From Candidatus Thorarchaeota archaeon (GTDB lineage: Archaea > Asgardarchaeota > Thorarchaeia > Thorarchaeales > Thorarchaeaceae): a stretch of DNA of 25,869 nt. The number at the start of each line of letters is the position of its first letter. Positions within the stretch are counted from its first letter, which is position 1. The notes beneath the pieces were generated by a model. That model was not told the DNA's origin. It saw only the letters and a list, made by a program, of their open reading frames with translations, and did no database searches. The position numbers were made by a program, and so were the translations under genes. This document shows positions 1 to 8,627 of this stretch, in pieces. The stretch spans positions 1 to 25,869 of the forward strand of contig PRDJ01000080.1 of NCBI GenBank assembly GCA_003345555.1, written 5' to 3'.

Positions 1-2
1 GC

Positions 3-359
3 GGTTCCAATGATGTTCTCAGCGGTTCAGCTGAAGTGATCGTATGTTGTCCTCAGGATGCTAGACGATTGTGGCCTGAAGTCCCATATATCACGGGGCC
101 AGGTCGGGCCGTGACAACCCTGGTAACAACCAAAGCTATCTTCCGGAAGACTACTCCGGATGGCTCATTTCTCCTCGAGGCTGTGATTCCTTCTGTCACG
201 GAATCGAATCGTCCTGTCGAGACACTAGTACAAGAAATCAGAGAGTCAACGGGATGGGAAATAGGGACATCATCGAGCATGGCAGTACTGTCCCCACCGG
301 ATTCAAACTTGGTACGTCTGTTGCGCATCTTCGACCCCGACTGCTACTATCTGAAGTAG
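3..359 (+). CDS. CoA-transferase beta subunit (glutaconate CoA-transferase-like), 5'-truncated by the window
   Basis: The frame is open from base 3: GSNDVLSGSAEVIV..RRLWPEVPYITGPG..VTTKAIF..VQEIRESTGWEI..PPDSNLVRLLRIFDP. This matches the C-terminal half of family I CoA-transferase beta subunits (GSGGxND, F/YITSPG, TGW, PP..LR..DP). Confidence 0.8.
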   Translation, partial: GSNDVLSGSAEVIVCCPQDARRLWPEVPYITGPGRAVTTLVTTKAIFRKTTPDGSFLLEAVIPSVTESNRPVETLVQEIRESTGWEIGTSSSMAVLSPPDSNLVRLLRIFDPDCYYLK

Positions 360-378
360 TGCAATAGCTCGGATTCGA

Positions 379-400
379 CAGCAGACTCTCTGCTGCTTTC
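379..400 (+). terminator. Possible short terminator-like hairpin (cagcaga/tctgctg) followed by ctttc
   Basis: Inverted repeat at 379-385/389-395, just downstream of the CoA-transferase stop codon. Confidence 0.2.
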
Positions 401-495
401 CACCGCCCGGCTAGCGCGAATTCCATCGGACGAAACCCATTTTATCCCGTTTCACCCATGAGTGGACTCTGTAAACACGATTCGCGCGGAAATAG

Positions 496-1773
496 GTGAG
501 CAATGTGAGCGAGGAAGTTCGAGTTTATGGCTATCGATGGGCAGTTCTGCTTGTCTTCGGACTGATATTCATGGTTGGGCAGGCTATGTGGCTTACCTTC
601 TCGCTGATACGAGCCGAAGTCACCCCAGTGCTTGGACTGGCAGCCGACGACCAAACAATCGTACTACTCACGGCTTCACAGCCGCTGGCGTTCATAGTCC
701 TCTCACTGCCTATCGGGATATTGGCAGACAGAAAGGGTTTGATTGTTGTCGCTGGAATGGGCGCAATCTTGCAGACCCTTTTTGGCGCACTCAGAATCTT
801 TCTAATCACTGATTTCTGGATGATTCTCGTTTGCCAGCTTGGCCTGTCCGCAGGATCCGTGATGGTTCAAGACTGCATCACCTACTTGAGTGTTAAATGG
901 TTCCCGAGGAACGAAAGGGCATTGGCGACTGGCTTCAGTACGTTGTTCATGATCCTTGGCATGCTTCTGGGGACAACCTTGAGTCTACTTCTCTGGACCG
1001 CACCAATGTATGGAACCCCGGGCTACACAGTCGGACTGGCTCAAGCGAACGTTGTGAACATTCTCTACATCTACGCAATACTCGCAATCATTCTGACTGT
1101 TCTTTTCTTTGCTGTTGCAAGAGACAAGCCCAAGCATCCACCAGACATCCCAGAGGAAATTAGCGAGAAGCGCCCGGCAAAGACGATGTTGAAAGACAGA
1201 AATGTATGGATTATCTCCTTCGGTTTCTTTGTGGGCTTTAGTATCTTCATAGGTCTCACGGGAATCTTGGAAACGCTACTGCCGAGTCTGGGGATACCTG
1301 TCACTGCTGGATTTGGGAACCTTGTGTTCGTTGAAGTGTCCCTCCTAATATTCGGGTTGGTAGGTGCTCTTGGTCTGTCCGCCTTATCGGACTTTGTCCA
1401 CAAGAGAAAACCATTCCTGATTGTCGCTACGTTCGTCGGTGCCATTATGACCTATGTTGTGGGGACCAGCACGGCTGTGGGAATCACTATCTTGGCGGCA
1501 GGAGTACTCGGATTCTTCCTGGTAAGTGTCATGCCCATAGCATTGTCCACATTGGAGGAGTTCAAGTCAGTTGGGCCTCAACTCTCTGGTGCAAGTGCTG
1601 GGCTGGCATTCTGGTTCGGCAACCTAGGAGCCTTCCTAGGCCTGTTGATACTGGAATCTCTGAGAGTGGGCGGTTCCTACTTCTACTCGATCCTGTACTT
1701 GGTCGTCACCTTGTTAATCGCATCAGCACTAGTCGCGACAATCCCTGAGACGGGCAAAAGAGAAAAATCGTGA
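496..1773 (+). CDS. MFS transporter (FLVCR/SLC49-like N-terminus)
   Basis: 425 aa with about 12 hydrophobic segments. It starts VYGYRWAVLLVF and has MFS motif-A-like GILADRKG and ALSDFVHKRK. Confidence 0.9.
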   Translation: MSNVSEEVRVYGYRWAVLLVFGLIFMVGQAMWLTFSLIRAEVTPVLGLAADDQTIVLLTASQPLAFIVLSLPIGILADRKGLIVVAGMGAILQTLFGALRIFLITDFWMILVCQLGLSAGSVMVQDCITYLSVKWFPRNERALATGFSTLFMILGMLLGTTLSLLLWTAPMYGTPGYTVGLAQANVVNILYIYAILAIILTVLFFAVARDKPKHPPDIPEEISEKRPAKTMLKDRNVWIISFGFFVGFSIFIGLTGILETLLPSLGIPVTAGFGNLVFVEVSLLIFGLVGALGLSALSDFVHKRKPFLIVATFVGAIMTYVVGTSTAVGITILAAGVLGFFLVSVMPIALSTLEEFKSVGPQLSGASAGLAFWFGNLGAFLGLLILESLRVGGSYFYSILYLVVTLLIASALVATIPETGKREKS

Positions 1774-1916
1774 AGATGGTTGGTTCCTGAGTGCGCTGTA
1801 TATGTGATGCGGCGCACTCACACCAACTGAATAGGGGATACCTCGATTCCTCCTCAAGCGGCTTGTGCCAGTCACGCCTATAAGGGGACTTCACTGGGAC
1901 TTGCTAGGCGCTGACA

Positions 1917-2462
1917 GTGTTGTGGGTGACAAGAGAGAATGTCCATGTCGACAGGGTTGCATGTCCCTGGTTGATCAATAGATTCATAGACGCCAGGGCG
2001 CAGTTCGTTTTCTTGCCGAAGGTCGAGGTACCCGATTTCTCCAAGAAGACGGGCGCCATTCAGTTTGATATGGGTGGGAGCGCTGGACTCGATCACCACA
2101 AATGCGGCAACGAAGACCATTGCACGTTTGATGCGATTGTCGAGAAGTACAAGCTGCAAGACGACGAGGCACTTGAGAGAGTAAGAAAGCTTGTACGGGC
2201 GGCCGACACTGATGGTCTCCAGAAGGAACCTCGCGCGTGGGTGCTGGAAATCATAGGTACTGGAACTCCTTTGCTGACAAGGTCAGATCAGGAGAGTCTC
2301 GAAAGTGAATTTCCGGTTTACGATGCACTTTACGCTTACTTCCAGCAGGAGATTGTGCGCGAGAGATTCAAGGCTGACATTGAGGAATTCAAGACGAGAG
2401 GCGAGGCGAGAGATTTCATAAAGCAGAAGATGAATGGTCTGAAATCAAGGGCTCTTCGCTAG
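1917..2462 (+). CDS. Chromate-resistance ChrB C-terminal-domain protein
   Basis: WVTRENVHVDRVACPWLINRFIDARAQFVF, CTFDAIVEKYKL and VRAADT match the ChrB_C signature (WxTR.....DR.ACPWLI.RFID..A.F). Confidence 0.85.
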   Translation: MLWVTRENVHVDRVACPWLINRFIDARAQFVFLPKVEVPDFSKKTGAIQFDMGGSAGLDHHKCGNEDHCTFDAIVEKYKLQDDEALERVRKLVRAADTDGLQKEPRAWVLEIIGTGTPLLTRSDQESLESEFPVYDALYAYFQQEIVRERFKADIEEFKTRGEARDFIKQKMNGLKSRALR

Positions 2463-2563
2463 ATTGCTTCGCCAACAACACTGGTTCTCCAAGCACATTC
2501 CCAAGGTAACTTAGGGCACTAGACAACCAAAATGACTCCAAAGAACGCAGGAAAGTACCGGCA

Positions 2564-3766
2564 TTGACTCCAAGAACATCAATTCCCAAGCCGCTTGTGA
2601 TCGTTTTGGTTCTGTCATTCTTCATGTTCACTGCACACAATCTGATCCTCTCTGCTCTGCAGGACTTTGTGCTGTACATATCTGGTGATACATCTGCACT
2701 CGGGATTTCGTTTGGCATATTCACTGGGTTCGCGTTCATGTTCAGATTCATATCGGGACGAATCATAGAACGGAGCAGCGTTACACTCATGCTTGCGCTT
2801 GGGCAAGTGATGCTCTCAGTCGTGTTCATCAGCTATGCCGCATTGGGTGCGATTATCGAAATATACGTGCTCAGAGTGTTTCACGGAATAGCTTGGGCCC
2901 TTGCAACTGTTGCGATTATGACAGCTGTTGTTCAGAGGTCTCCTCCATCTCGTGTCGGCGAAGGTCTTGGCTACTACAACGGGGTGAATTCTTTCGCAAT
3001 GATGGTCTTTCCTGCCGTGGGGAGTGCCATGGCGATGATGAACACCCATGAGGCATACGATTTCTTGTTCACGATGACCTGTGCTGTCAGCCTAGTAGCT
3101 ATCGCTGTAGCAGTTGTGATCTGGCGAACCAACCGTCCGGAACAGTCTTCGGACGCGCCTCATTCCGGTGGGTTCGTTAGCAGAGCCGCACTGAGGCCGA
3201 GCTTATCGATATTTGTCCTTTCCTTTGGATTCGGTGCAGTACTGAGCTACTCGCCCTCGATTGCTGCAATGCACAACGTAGCCAATTCTGGGCTCTACTT
3301 CACATGGTTCGCAGGTTCGATGGTGGTGGGTTATGCTGTCGGTGGTTTCCTGTCTGACAGAAGGGGCCACAGTATGATGAGCGCCATAGGATGCTGTTGC
3401 ATGGCGATTGGTCTTTTGCTAGCCGCTATCGGGACCGAGTACTTCACGTATGTGGTTTCAGCGTGTGCATTGGGAATCGGTCTGTCACTAGCCAACGTCG
3501 CTTTGAATGCTCTTGCTTCGTTGGTTGTGTCGGAAAGTGACCAAGCCCGGGCAATGGCTACATACTCTGCGGGAATGGACGGGGGAATCATGGTGGGGTC
3601 ATTTATGATTGCGATTCTGTTGAATGCTGGCCTTGAATTGCCAGTCATTCTCATGATTCTTGTAGGGTTTGCCTTCATCACAGTTCTTAACACTCCCGGT
3701 CTGGACCGAATGGAAAGCATCTACAGGAGCCGAGATCGTGACCATGCACTTGGGGAGAGTGCATAA
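2564..3766 (+). CDS. MFS transporter
   Basis: 400 aa, about 12 TM segments, with ISGRIIERSS, PPSRVGEGLGYY and GGFLSDRRG motifs. TTG start. Confidence 0.9.
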   Translation: MTPRTSIPKPLVIVLVLSFFMFTAHNLILSALQDFVLYISGDTSALGISFGIFTGFAFMFRFISGRIIERSSVTLMLALGQVMLSVVFISYAALGAIIEIYVLRVFHGIAWALATVAIMTAVVQRSPPSRVGEGLGYYNGVNSFAMMVFPAVGSAMAMMNTHEAYDFLFTMTCAVSLVAIAVAVVIWRTNRPEQSSDAPHSGGFVSRAALRPSLSIFVLSFGFGAVLSYSPSIAAMHNVANSGLYFTWFAGSMVVGYAVGGFLSDRRGHSMMSAIGCCCMAIGLLLAAIGTEYFTYVVSACALGIGLSLANVALNALASLVVSESDQARAMATYSAGMDGGIMVGSFMIAILLNAGLELPVILMILVGFAFITVLNTPGLDRMESIYRSRDRDHALGESA

Positions 3767-3940
3767 TTGCGGCAATCCTCCCCTCTGTGCTTCATAGCGA
3801 GCACTTCAAAAGGGTAATCCTAAGAAGTAGCATTTCACAGGAGCGTGAATCAAGCACTACGCTTGTTCTCAATCCCATAGCGGCAAAGCATTCGAGGGTC
3901 CGTGAGAAACTGAAATCGGTACCGCGCCGGCGATCGAGCC

Positions 3941-5854
3941 ATGACAACCAATCGAGATTCCTCAGCAGAAGGTACAAGAGTAACCCTCAAGCGGGACGTA
4001 GGTTGGTACGGCTCTTTCGCCATGGGCTACGCTGACGTAGGCGCTGACATCTATCTTGCTCTTGGCTTGGTGGCAGCGTATGCCGCAGGATGGGCTCCCA
4101 TTGCCTTTCTGATTGCGTCCGTCACGTATGTGGCGACGGGTCTTGCATATGCCGAACTAGCCACTGCTTACCCATACGCCGGCGGCGCTCACGTCTACGC
4201 GATGAAAGCATTCAATGACTTCGCAGGTTTCGGGGCCGGCTGGCTCGTAATGCTTGACTATACTGTGGATATGGCTCTCTTCTCAATAGCAACAACAGGC
4301 TACCTGACCTTTTTCCTCCCTTGGCTGAATGTGCTGACCGTTACCATCGGAGTCTTGGGCTTTCAGGTCACTCTTAGCGCCATGGGCCTGACCTCTTTCA
4401 CTATTGTTGTGGCTCTCATATGCATCAATATTATCGGTATCAAGGAATCATCTGGCTTGAACATGGTGATGGTTAGCCTGAGCCTCGTTGTGCTGTCCCT
4501 TGTGGCCATTGTGGGGCTGCTGTTCGCTTTTCGTCTCGATCTATTTGTGCTTCAGTTGTCTGTGGTGGGTGCCCCTCAACAGTTCGGCCACATATCGTAT
4601 GTGTCAGGATTGGGTCTTAACACGCAGAATCTCCTTTACGCCATCACTCTTGCGATGAGTTCGTTCATAGGTATAGAGTCGATAGCTCAGGCCGCCGAGG
4701 AGACCAAGAGGCCAGACAAGACAATTCCTCGGGCTACTAAGATGTCTGTCGTCTCAGTCTTGGTTTTCGCAGTGGGGCTATCAGTCCTCAGTATGGGGAT
4801 ACTCCCTTGGGATGTGCTGGCCGCTCATCTGGAAAGCCCCATTAGCACCCTTGCAGGCTCTTTCGCTTTCATAGGACCATTCATTGTGCCGGTGGTAGCA
4901 GGTGCGGGCTTTGCGATATGTCTCGTCTCTGCAAACACCGGAGTAATAGGGGTGTCAAGGGTTGTATTCTCGATGGGACGTTTTGGTCTCCTGCCGCGCT
5001 GGTTCTCGAAAATCAACCCTAGGACGCGGACACCCGTCCGAACCATTCTCATCTTCGGCCTGATTGGAGCAATCATGGCGCTTGTTGGACAACTTGACTG
5101 GGTTGCAGACCTCTACAACTTCGGAGCACTGCTGTCCTATTCTATCGTGAATGCGTCTCTGATTGTACTACGTCAAACGGACAAGGACACTCATCGTTCA
5201 TGGGAGGTACCCTTGAGCTTGAAGGTCAGCAGGCGTGGCCGCCTCTACAGAATCCCATTGTCCGCCATCGTTGGTATCGCTGCATGCTTGTCCATCTGGT
5301 CTCTTGTCATAGTCTTTCATCCGATGGGACGGGTCCTTGGTCTGACGTGGTTGAGCGTTGGAGTGCTGGCCTACGTGATCTATCGTCACGCGCTTAACAG
5401 ACCCCTCCTTTCGAAGGAAGCAGGGCGCTCGATAAAGCCCATGGCCTACAAGTTCAATGCACTTGTCTTGATTCGTCCCGAAGAGAAAGAGGAGGTCGTC
5501 GATTCTATCAGGGGCAGCCTGACCACTCAGTTCCGCCTAACGTTGATGAGTGTTATCCGTACTGGTCGCTGGCACATTCCTCTATCCGTGGCCGAACAGT
5601 ACAGGGAGCTGACGTTGCTCGATTTAGAGGAAATGGCTCATGCTCTCTCAGGGTTCGGCTTCGAAGCTTCAGTCCGGGTTGAGGTTGGCCCCTTAGCACG
5701 AGTAATCACTGACGCAGTCCTGTCACCCGAGTACGACTTTGTGGTTCTACCACTGAGGAAGGGCTTTAAGAAAGTACACAAGAAAGACGAAGAAGACATT
5801 GTGACGTTGGTTTCTTCCGTTGCACCTGGGAAGATTATGGTGGTAAGAAAATAA
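3941..5854 (+). CDS. APC-family amino acid/cation permease with C-terminal UspA-like soluble domain
   Basis: 637 aa. The N-terminal ~480 aa are hydrophobic with APC motifs (GADIY, YAELATAYPYAGG, GIESIAQAAEE, SRVVFSMGR..LP..FSKINPRTRTP). The last ~140 aa have a Usp-like pattern (ALVLIRP..LTLMSVI..VEVGPLARVITDAV...DFVVLP). Confidence 0.88.
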   Translation: MTTNRDSSAEGTRVTLKRDVGWYGSFAMGYADVGADIYLALGLVAAYAAGWAPIAFLIASVTYVATGLAYAELATAYPYAGGAHVYAMKAFNDFAGFGAGWLVMLDYTVDMALFSIATTGYLTFFLPWLNVLTVTIGVLGFQVTLSAMGLTSFTIVVALICINIIGIKESSGLNMVMVSLSLVVLSLVAIVGLLFAFRLDLFVLQLSVVGAPQQFGHISYVSGLGLNTQNLLYAITLAMSSFIGIESIAQAAEETKRPDKTIPRATKMSVVSVLVFAVGLSVLSMGILPWDVLAAHLESPISTLAGSFAFIGPFIVPVVAGAGFAICLVSANTGVIGVSRVVFSMGRFGLLPRWFSKINPRTRTPVRTILIFGLIGAIMALVGQLDWVADLYNFGALLSYSIVNASLIVLRQTDKDTHRSWEVPLSLKVSRRGRLYRIPLSAIVGIAACLSIWSLVIVFHPMGRVLGLTWLSVGVLAYVIYRHALNRPLLSKEAGRSIKPMAYKFNALVLIRPEEKEEVVDSIRGSLTTQFRLTLMSVIRTGRWHIPLSVAEQYRELTLLDLEEMAHALSGFGFEASVRVEVGPLARVITDAVLSPEYDFVVLPLRKGFKKVHKKDEEDIVTLVSSVAPGKIMVVRK

Positions 5855-6120
5855 TGCCCGGCATTCGAGTTATCCTGAGCGTATACATTGAGTCAAATCT
5901 CGAGGAAGTCGCAGACGCGCTCACTGAGATTCCTGAGGTTGTGGACGTCTTTGAGGTAACCGGGGAAGCGGACATAATAGCTTTCCTAGAGGCCGATGAC
6001 GTAATGCAGTTCCGCAATATTCTGAAGAACAACATCCTGAAGATACCGGGAATAAAGAGCACAGTATCAAGCGTCGTGATGTTCGTTCACAAGAAAGACG
6101 GCCAAGTAGTTGAAGAATGA
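5854..6120 (+). CDS. Stand-alone Lrp/AsnC ligand-binding (RAM) domain protein with no HTH (demi-FFRP type)
   Basis: LTEIPEVVDVFEVTGEADIIAFLEADDVMQFRNILKNNILKIPGIKSTVS is a typical AsnC C-terminal domain. Its ATG overlaps the permease TAA (taATG at 5852-5856). Confidence 0.85.
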   Translation: MPGIRVILSVYIESNLEEVADALTEIPEVVDVFEVTGEADIIAFLEADDVMQFRNILKNNILKIPGIKSTVSSVVMFVHKKDGQVVEE

Positions 6121-6139
6121 AGGGGGTTGAACTCTACTG

Positions 6140-6562
6140 GTGGAAGAAGGTACCCGAGACTATGTCTTGATGCCATATTCCGGAGATATCGCCTACTCTG
6201 ACATGGTTGCTGCAATGCTCCCTCTCTTGAAATTCCAGACAAAAGCGCTGACTCTCTTTCATGTGATTGAAACTCCCATATCCGCTCCTCTTGACACGGA
6301 TGAGATGAAGGATCTCGTTGCCGCTGCAGAAGTCAAGATCAAGCCTCTTTCGGATTGGTTAAGCAAACAGGGATACCGCGTGCAAACCAAGGTCGCAGTA
6401 GCTAGGCATGTGAAGGATGCTATAATTGAAGAGGCAAATGACCCTCGCTACTCCTTGCTATTCATGTTGAAGCGCAGAAAAAGGCGGAAGCCACTCTCCA
6501 AAAGCGTCACAGAAGAAATCATTGGTCATGTGCAGCTTCCGGTGGTCACAATCCTCGTCTAG
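6140..6562 (+). CDS. Universal stress protein (UspA family)
   Basis: VLMPYSG..LTLFHVIE..VAVARHVKDAIIEEA...LLFMLKR..SVTEEIIGHVQLPVVTI follows the Usp fold pattern. Confidence 0.8.
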   Translation: MEEGTRDYVLMPYSGDIAYSDMVAAMLPLLKFQTKALTLFHVIETPISAPLDTDEMKDLVAAAEVKIKPLSDWLSKQGYRVQTKVAVARHVKDAIIEEANDPRYSLLFMLKRRKRRKPLSKSVTEEIIGHVQLPVVTILV

Positions 6563-6607
6563 TCACTGTTGGTCTCAAAGGTAATTTGGCACACTTGCTT
6601 TCGGGGC

Positions 6608-6628
6608 GGACCGGGAGAAACCGGGTCC
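6608..6628. terminator. GC-rich hairpin between convergent usp and iscU genes
   Basis: ggacc(gg)...(cc)gggtcc stem with a gagaaa loop in an 88-bp convergent intergenic gap. Confidence 0.25.
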
Positions 6629-6650
6629 ACTCCTATGGCGACGGCGTGTC

Positions 6651-7430
6651 CTACTCGCCAACAACTACTGCATCCACGAAAAGCTCGTACTTCTCGTCCT
6701 CGTCGAGGTTGTGCATGAGGACCTTTTCGACTTCGTCTTCCCCGCGTATTTCAAGGAGTCGTGACTGATACAGCACCTTAATTCCTGACTTCGCTAGCTT
6801 CTCCTGCAGAACCTTCGTCGTCTGGATCTCATTCTCAGGTGTAGATAGCACAACTCGTCCGGTGACCGCGGTGAGCTGAATTGCTGTTTCAATGGACTTA
6901 TCGCCCGTGTGGACAACCAGTACTCGCTTGTCTTTGAGCTCTTTGGGATCATTTACCATGATGTAAACTCCTTTACCTAGGAACTGGTCTCTGCCAATGG
7001 CGCATTCCGTTGGTTCAGCTGAATGCTTCTTTTCAGCCACTGGTTCTCCTGCCATCTTCGCACGATAGTTCTTGATTGCCTCATGCAGAGCATCAGCAGC
7101 TAGGTTGGAACAGTGCATCTTGATGGGCGGGAGTCCTTGAAGTTCGTCCGCCACATTCTGCCTCGTCACCTGCATTGCTTCGTCAAGAGTCATTCCCTTT
7201 ACGAGTTCGGTCGTCATGCTGCTTGTAGCGATTGCAGATCCGCACCCGAAAGTTCTGAACTTTGCTTCCACAATCCGGTCATCCTTGACTCTGATGAAGA
7301 CCTCCATCAGGTCGCCACATATGGGGTTGCCTACTATTCCGGAGGCTACGTCATCACCCTCCATGGTTCCGACATTCCTTGGATTGCGGAAATGGTCCAA
7401 TACTTTCTCGCTATATTGAGTTGACTTCAT
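6651..7430 (-). CDS. iscU: IscU/NifU-type Fe-S scaffold fused to a degenerate thioredoxin-reductase-like NAD(P)H-binding domain
   Basis: YSEKVLDHFRNPRNVG, NPICGD, FGCGSAIA and LPPIKMHCSNLA give all three scaffold Cys plus the Asp and His. About 115 extra C-terminal aa resemble TrxR. The ATG at 7430 is preferred over the track's GTG at 7451 because GGTGAT lies just upstream. Confidence 0.9.
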   Translation of the reverse strand: MKSTQYSEKVLDHFRNPRNVGTMEGDDVASGIVGNPICGDLMEVFIRVKDDRIVEAKFRTFGCGSAIATSSMTTELVKGMTLDEAMQVTRQNVADELQGLPPIKMHCSNLAADALHEAIKNYRAKMAGEPVAEKKHSAEPTECAIGRDQFLGKGVYIMVNDPKELKDKRVLVVHTGDKSIETAIQLTAVTGRVVLSTPENEIQTTKVLQEKLAKSGIKVLYQSRLLEIRGEDEVEKVLMHNLDEDEKYELFVDAVVVGE

Positions 7431-7437
7431 TTCAACA

Positions 7438-8607
7438 TCACCTTCCTGCACAAGTGTAAATGGGAGATAGTGTCCTCAAGTGGGCAACTACTCCCGGTAT
7501 TGCTTCGATTACTTTGTCTGCATCACTGTCAACATTGAATCGTCCAAAGGTTAGCTCAAGTGAACCGTGAGCCTCTTCGTGCACCAGACCGGTCGCTATC
7601 AGTGTGTGCGAGGGTTCCAGTGTCTTTGAACTGCATGCAGAGCCGGTAGCTACTGAGATGCCTTTGTCCTTCAATGAGAGCAGAATTGATTCTCCTTCGA
7701 TTCCGTCAAACCTGAAGTGTGCGTTACTGGCTAGACGTTCTGTCGGGTGGCCGTTCAGATGGCTGTCTGGCACATCCTGAAGCACACGCTTGATCACCTT
7801 GTCACGGTAATTCTTAAACCGACTGACTTCAGAGGGCATTTCCTTGGTCATGATTTCGGCCGCGGCCCGCATGCCTACGATTCCTGGGATATCTTCTGTT
7901 CCAGACCTAAGACCTCTCTCCTGCCCGCCGCCTATCATAATTGGGTTTACCCTGAACCCTTTCCTCATGTATAGGAGGCCAACGCCCTTTGGACCATAAA
8001 TGTCGTTGGAGGATAGGGACATCAAGTCTATGCTATCCCGGTTAACGTCAAGGTCCACTAGGCCCTCGGCGGCCACTGCGTCTGTGTGAAATGCGATGCC
8101 TCTCTCCTTTGCGATTTTTCCTATCTCTGCAATGGGCTGAACAGTGCCTATTTCATTGCTAGCGTACCCAACCGAAATGAGAATCGTGTTGTCTTTCAGT
8201 TTACGTTCGAGCTTGTCAACATGGACCAACCCATACTGATCCACAGGCACTTTCGTAATCTCGAAGCCTTGAGAAGCTAGGTACTTGGCTATGTTGTGAA
8301 TTGAGATATGCTCTATCTCCGAAATAACAATGTGATTCCCCTTCTTCTTGTTCTTCAGAGCATAACCCATGAGAGCGAGGTTAATGGACTCGGTCGCCCC
8401 AGAGGTGAACACAATATCGTCCGCGTCCGCATGGATGAACTTGGCAATCCTCTTTCTGCTATCCTCAAGGGCATCGGTTGCAGTGTCGCCAACCTTGTGG
8501 AGGGATGACGGATTTCCAAACCGGTCATGGAAATATGGCATCATCTCTTCTATCACCCTTGGGTCAACAGGCTTCGACGACTGGTAATCAAGGTAAACTT
8601 CGTCCAT
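7438..8607 (-). CDS. iscS: IscS/NifS-family cysteine desulfurase homologue with the PLP Lys replaced by Asp
   Basis: VYLDYQSS, FGNPSSLH, FTSGATES, EIEH, NEIGTVQP, GGGQERGLRSGT and ATGSACSS (catalytic Cys) are present. SSNDIYGPKG replaces SxHKxYGPKG. ATG at 8607 is preferred over 8637, which would overlap dsrE. Confidence 0.92.
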   Translation of the reverse strand: MDEVYLDYQSSKPVDPRVIEEMMPYFHDRFGNPSSLHKVGDTATDALEDSRKRIAKFIHADADDIVFTSGATESINLALMGYALKNKKKGNHIVISEIEHISIHNIAKYLASQGFEITKVPVDQYGLVHVDKLERKLKDNTILISVGYASNEIGTVQPIAEIGKIAKERGIAFHTDAVAAEGLVDLDVNRDSIDLMSLSSNDIYGPKGVGLLYMRKGFRVNPIMIGGGQERGLRSGTEDIPGIVGMRAAAEIMTKEMPSEVSRFKNYRDKVIKRVLQDVPDSHLNGHPTERLASNAHFRFDGIEGESILLSLKDKGISVATGSACSSKTLEPSHTLIATGLVHEEAHGSLELTFGRFNVDSDADKVIEAIPGVVAHLRTLSPIYTCAGR

Positions 8608-8627
8608 ATCCCCCAAACCCCCTTCGC

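Noticed and set aside
1774-1916. Fluoride (crcB) or other known riboswitch upstream of the chrB-like gene
   Set aside because: The conserved GAUGG..UUC..AAC..GCUxAUGAC pattern cannot be matched. The region is kept only as unexplained hairpins.
7430-7440. Selenocysteine readthrough at the iscS TGA (followed by TGT TGA), or SECIS role for nearby hairpins
   Set aside because: The TGA falls at the normal IscS C-terminus and overlaps the iscU SD. No called gene has an in-frame TGA at a conserved Cys position.
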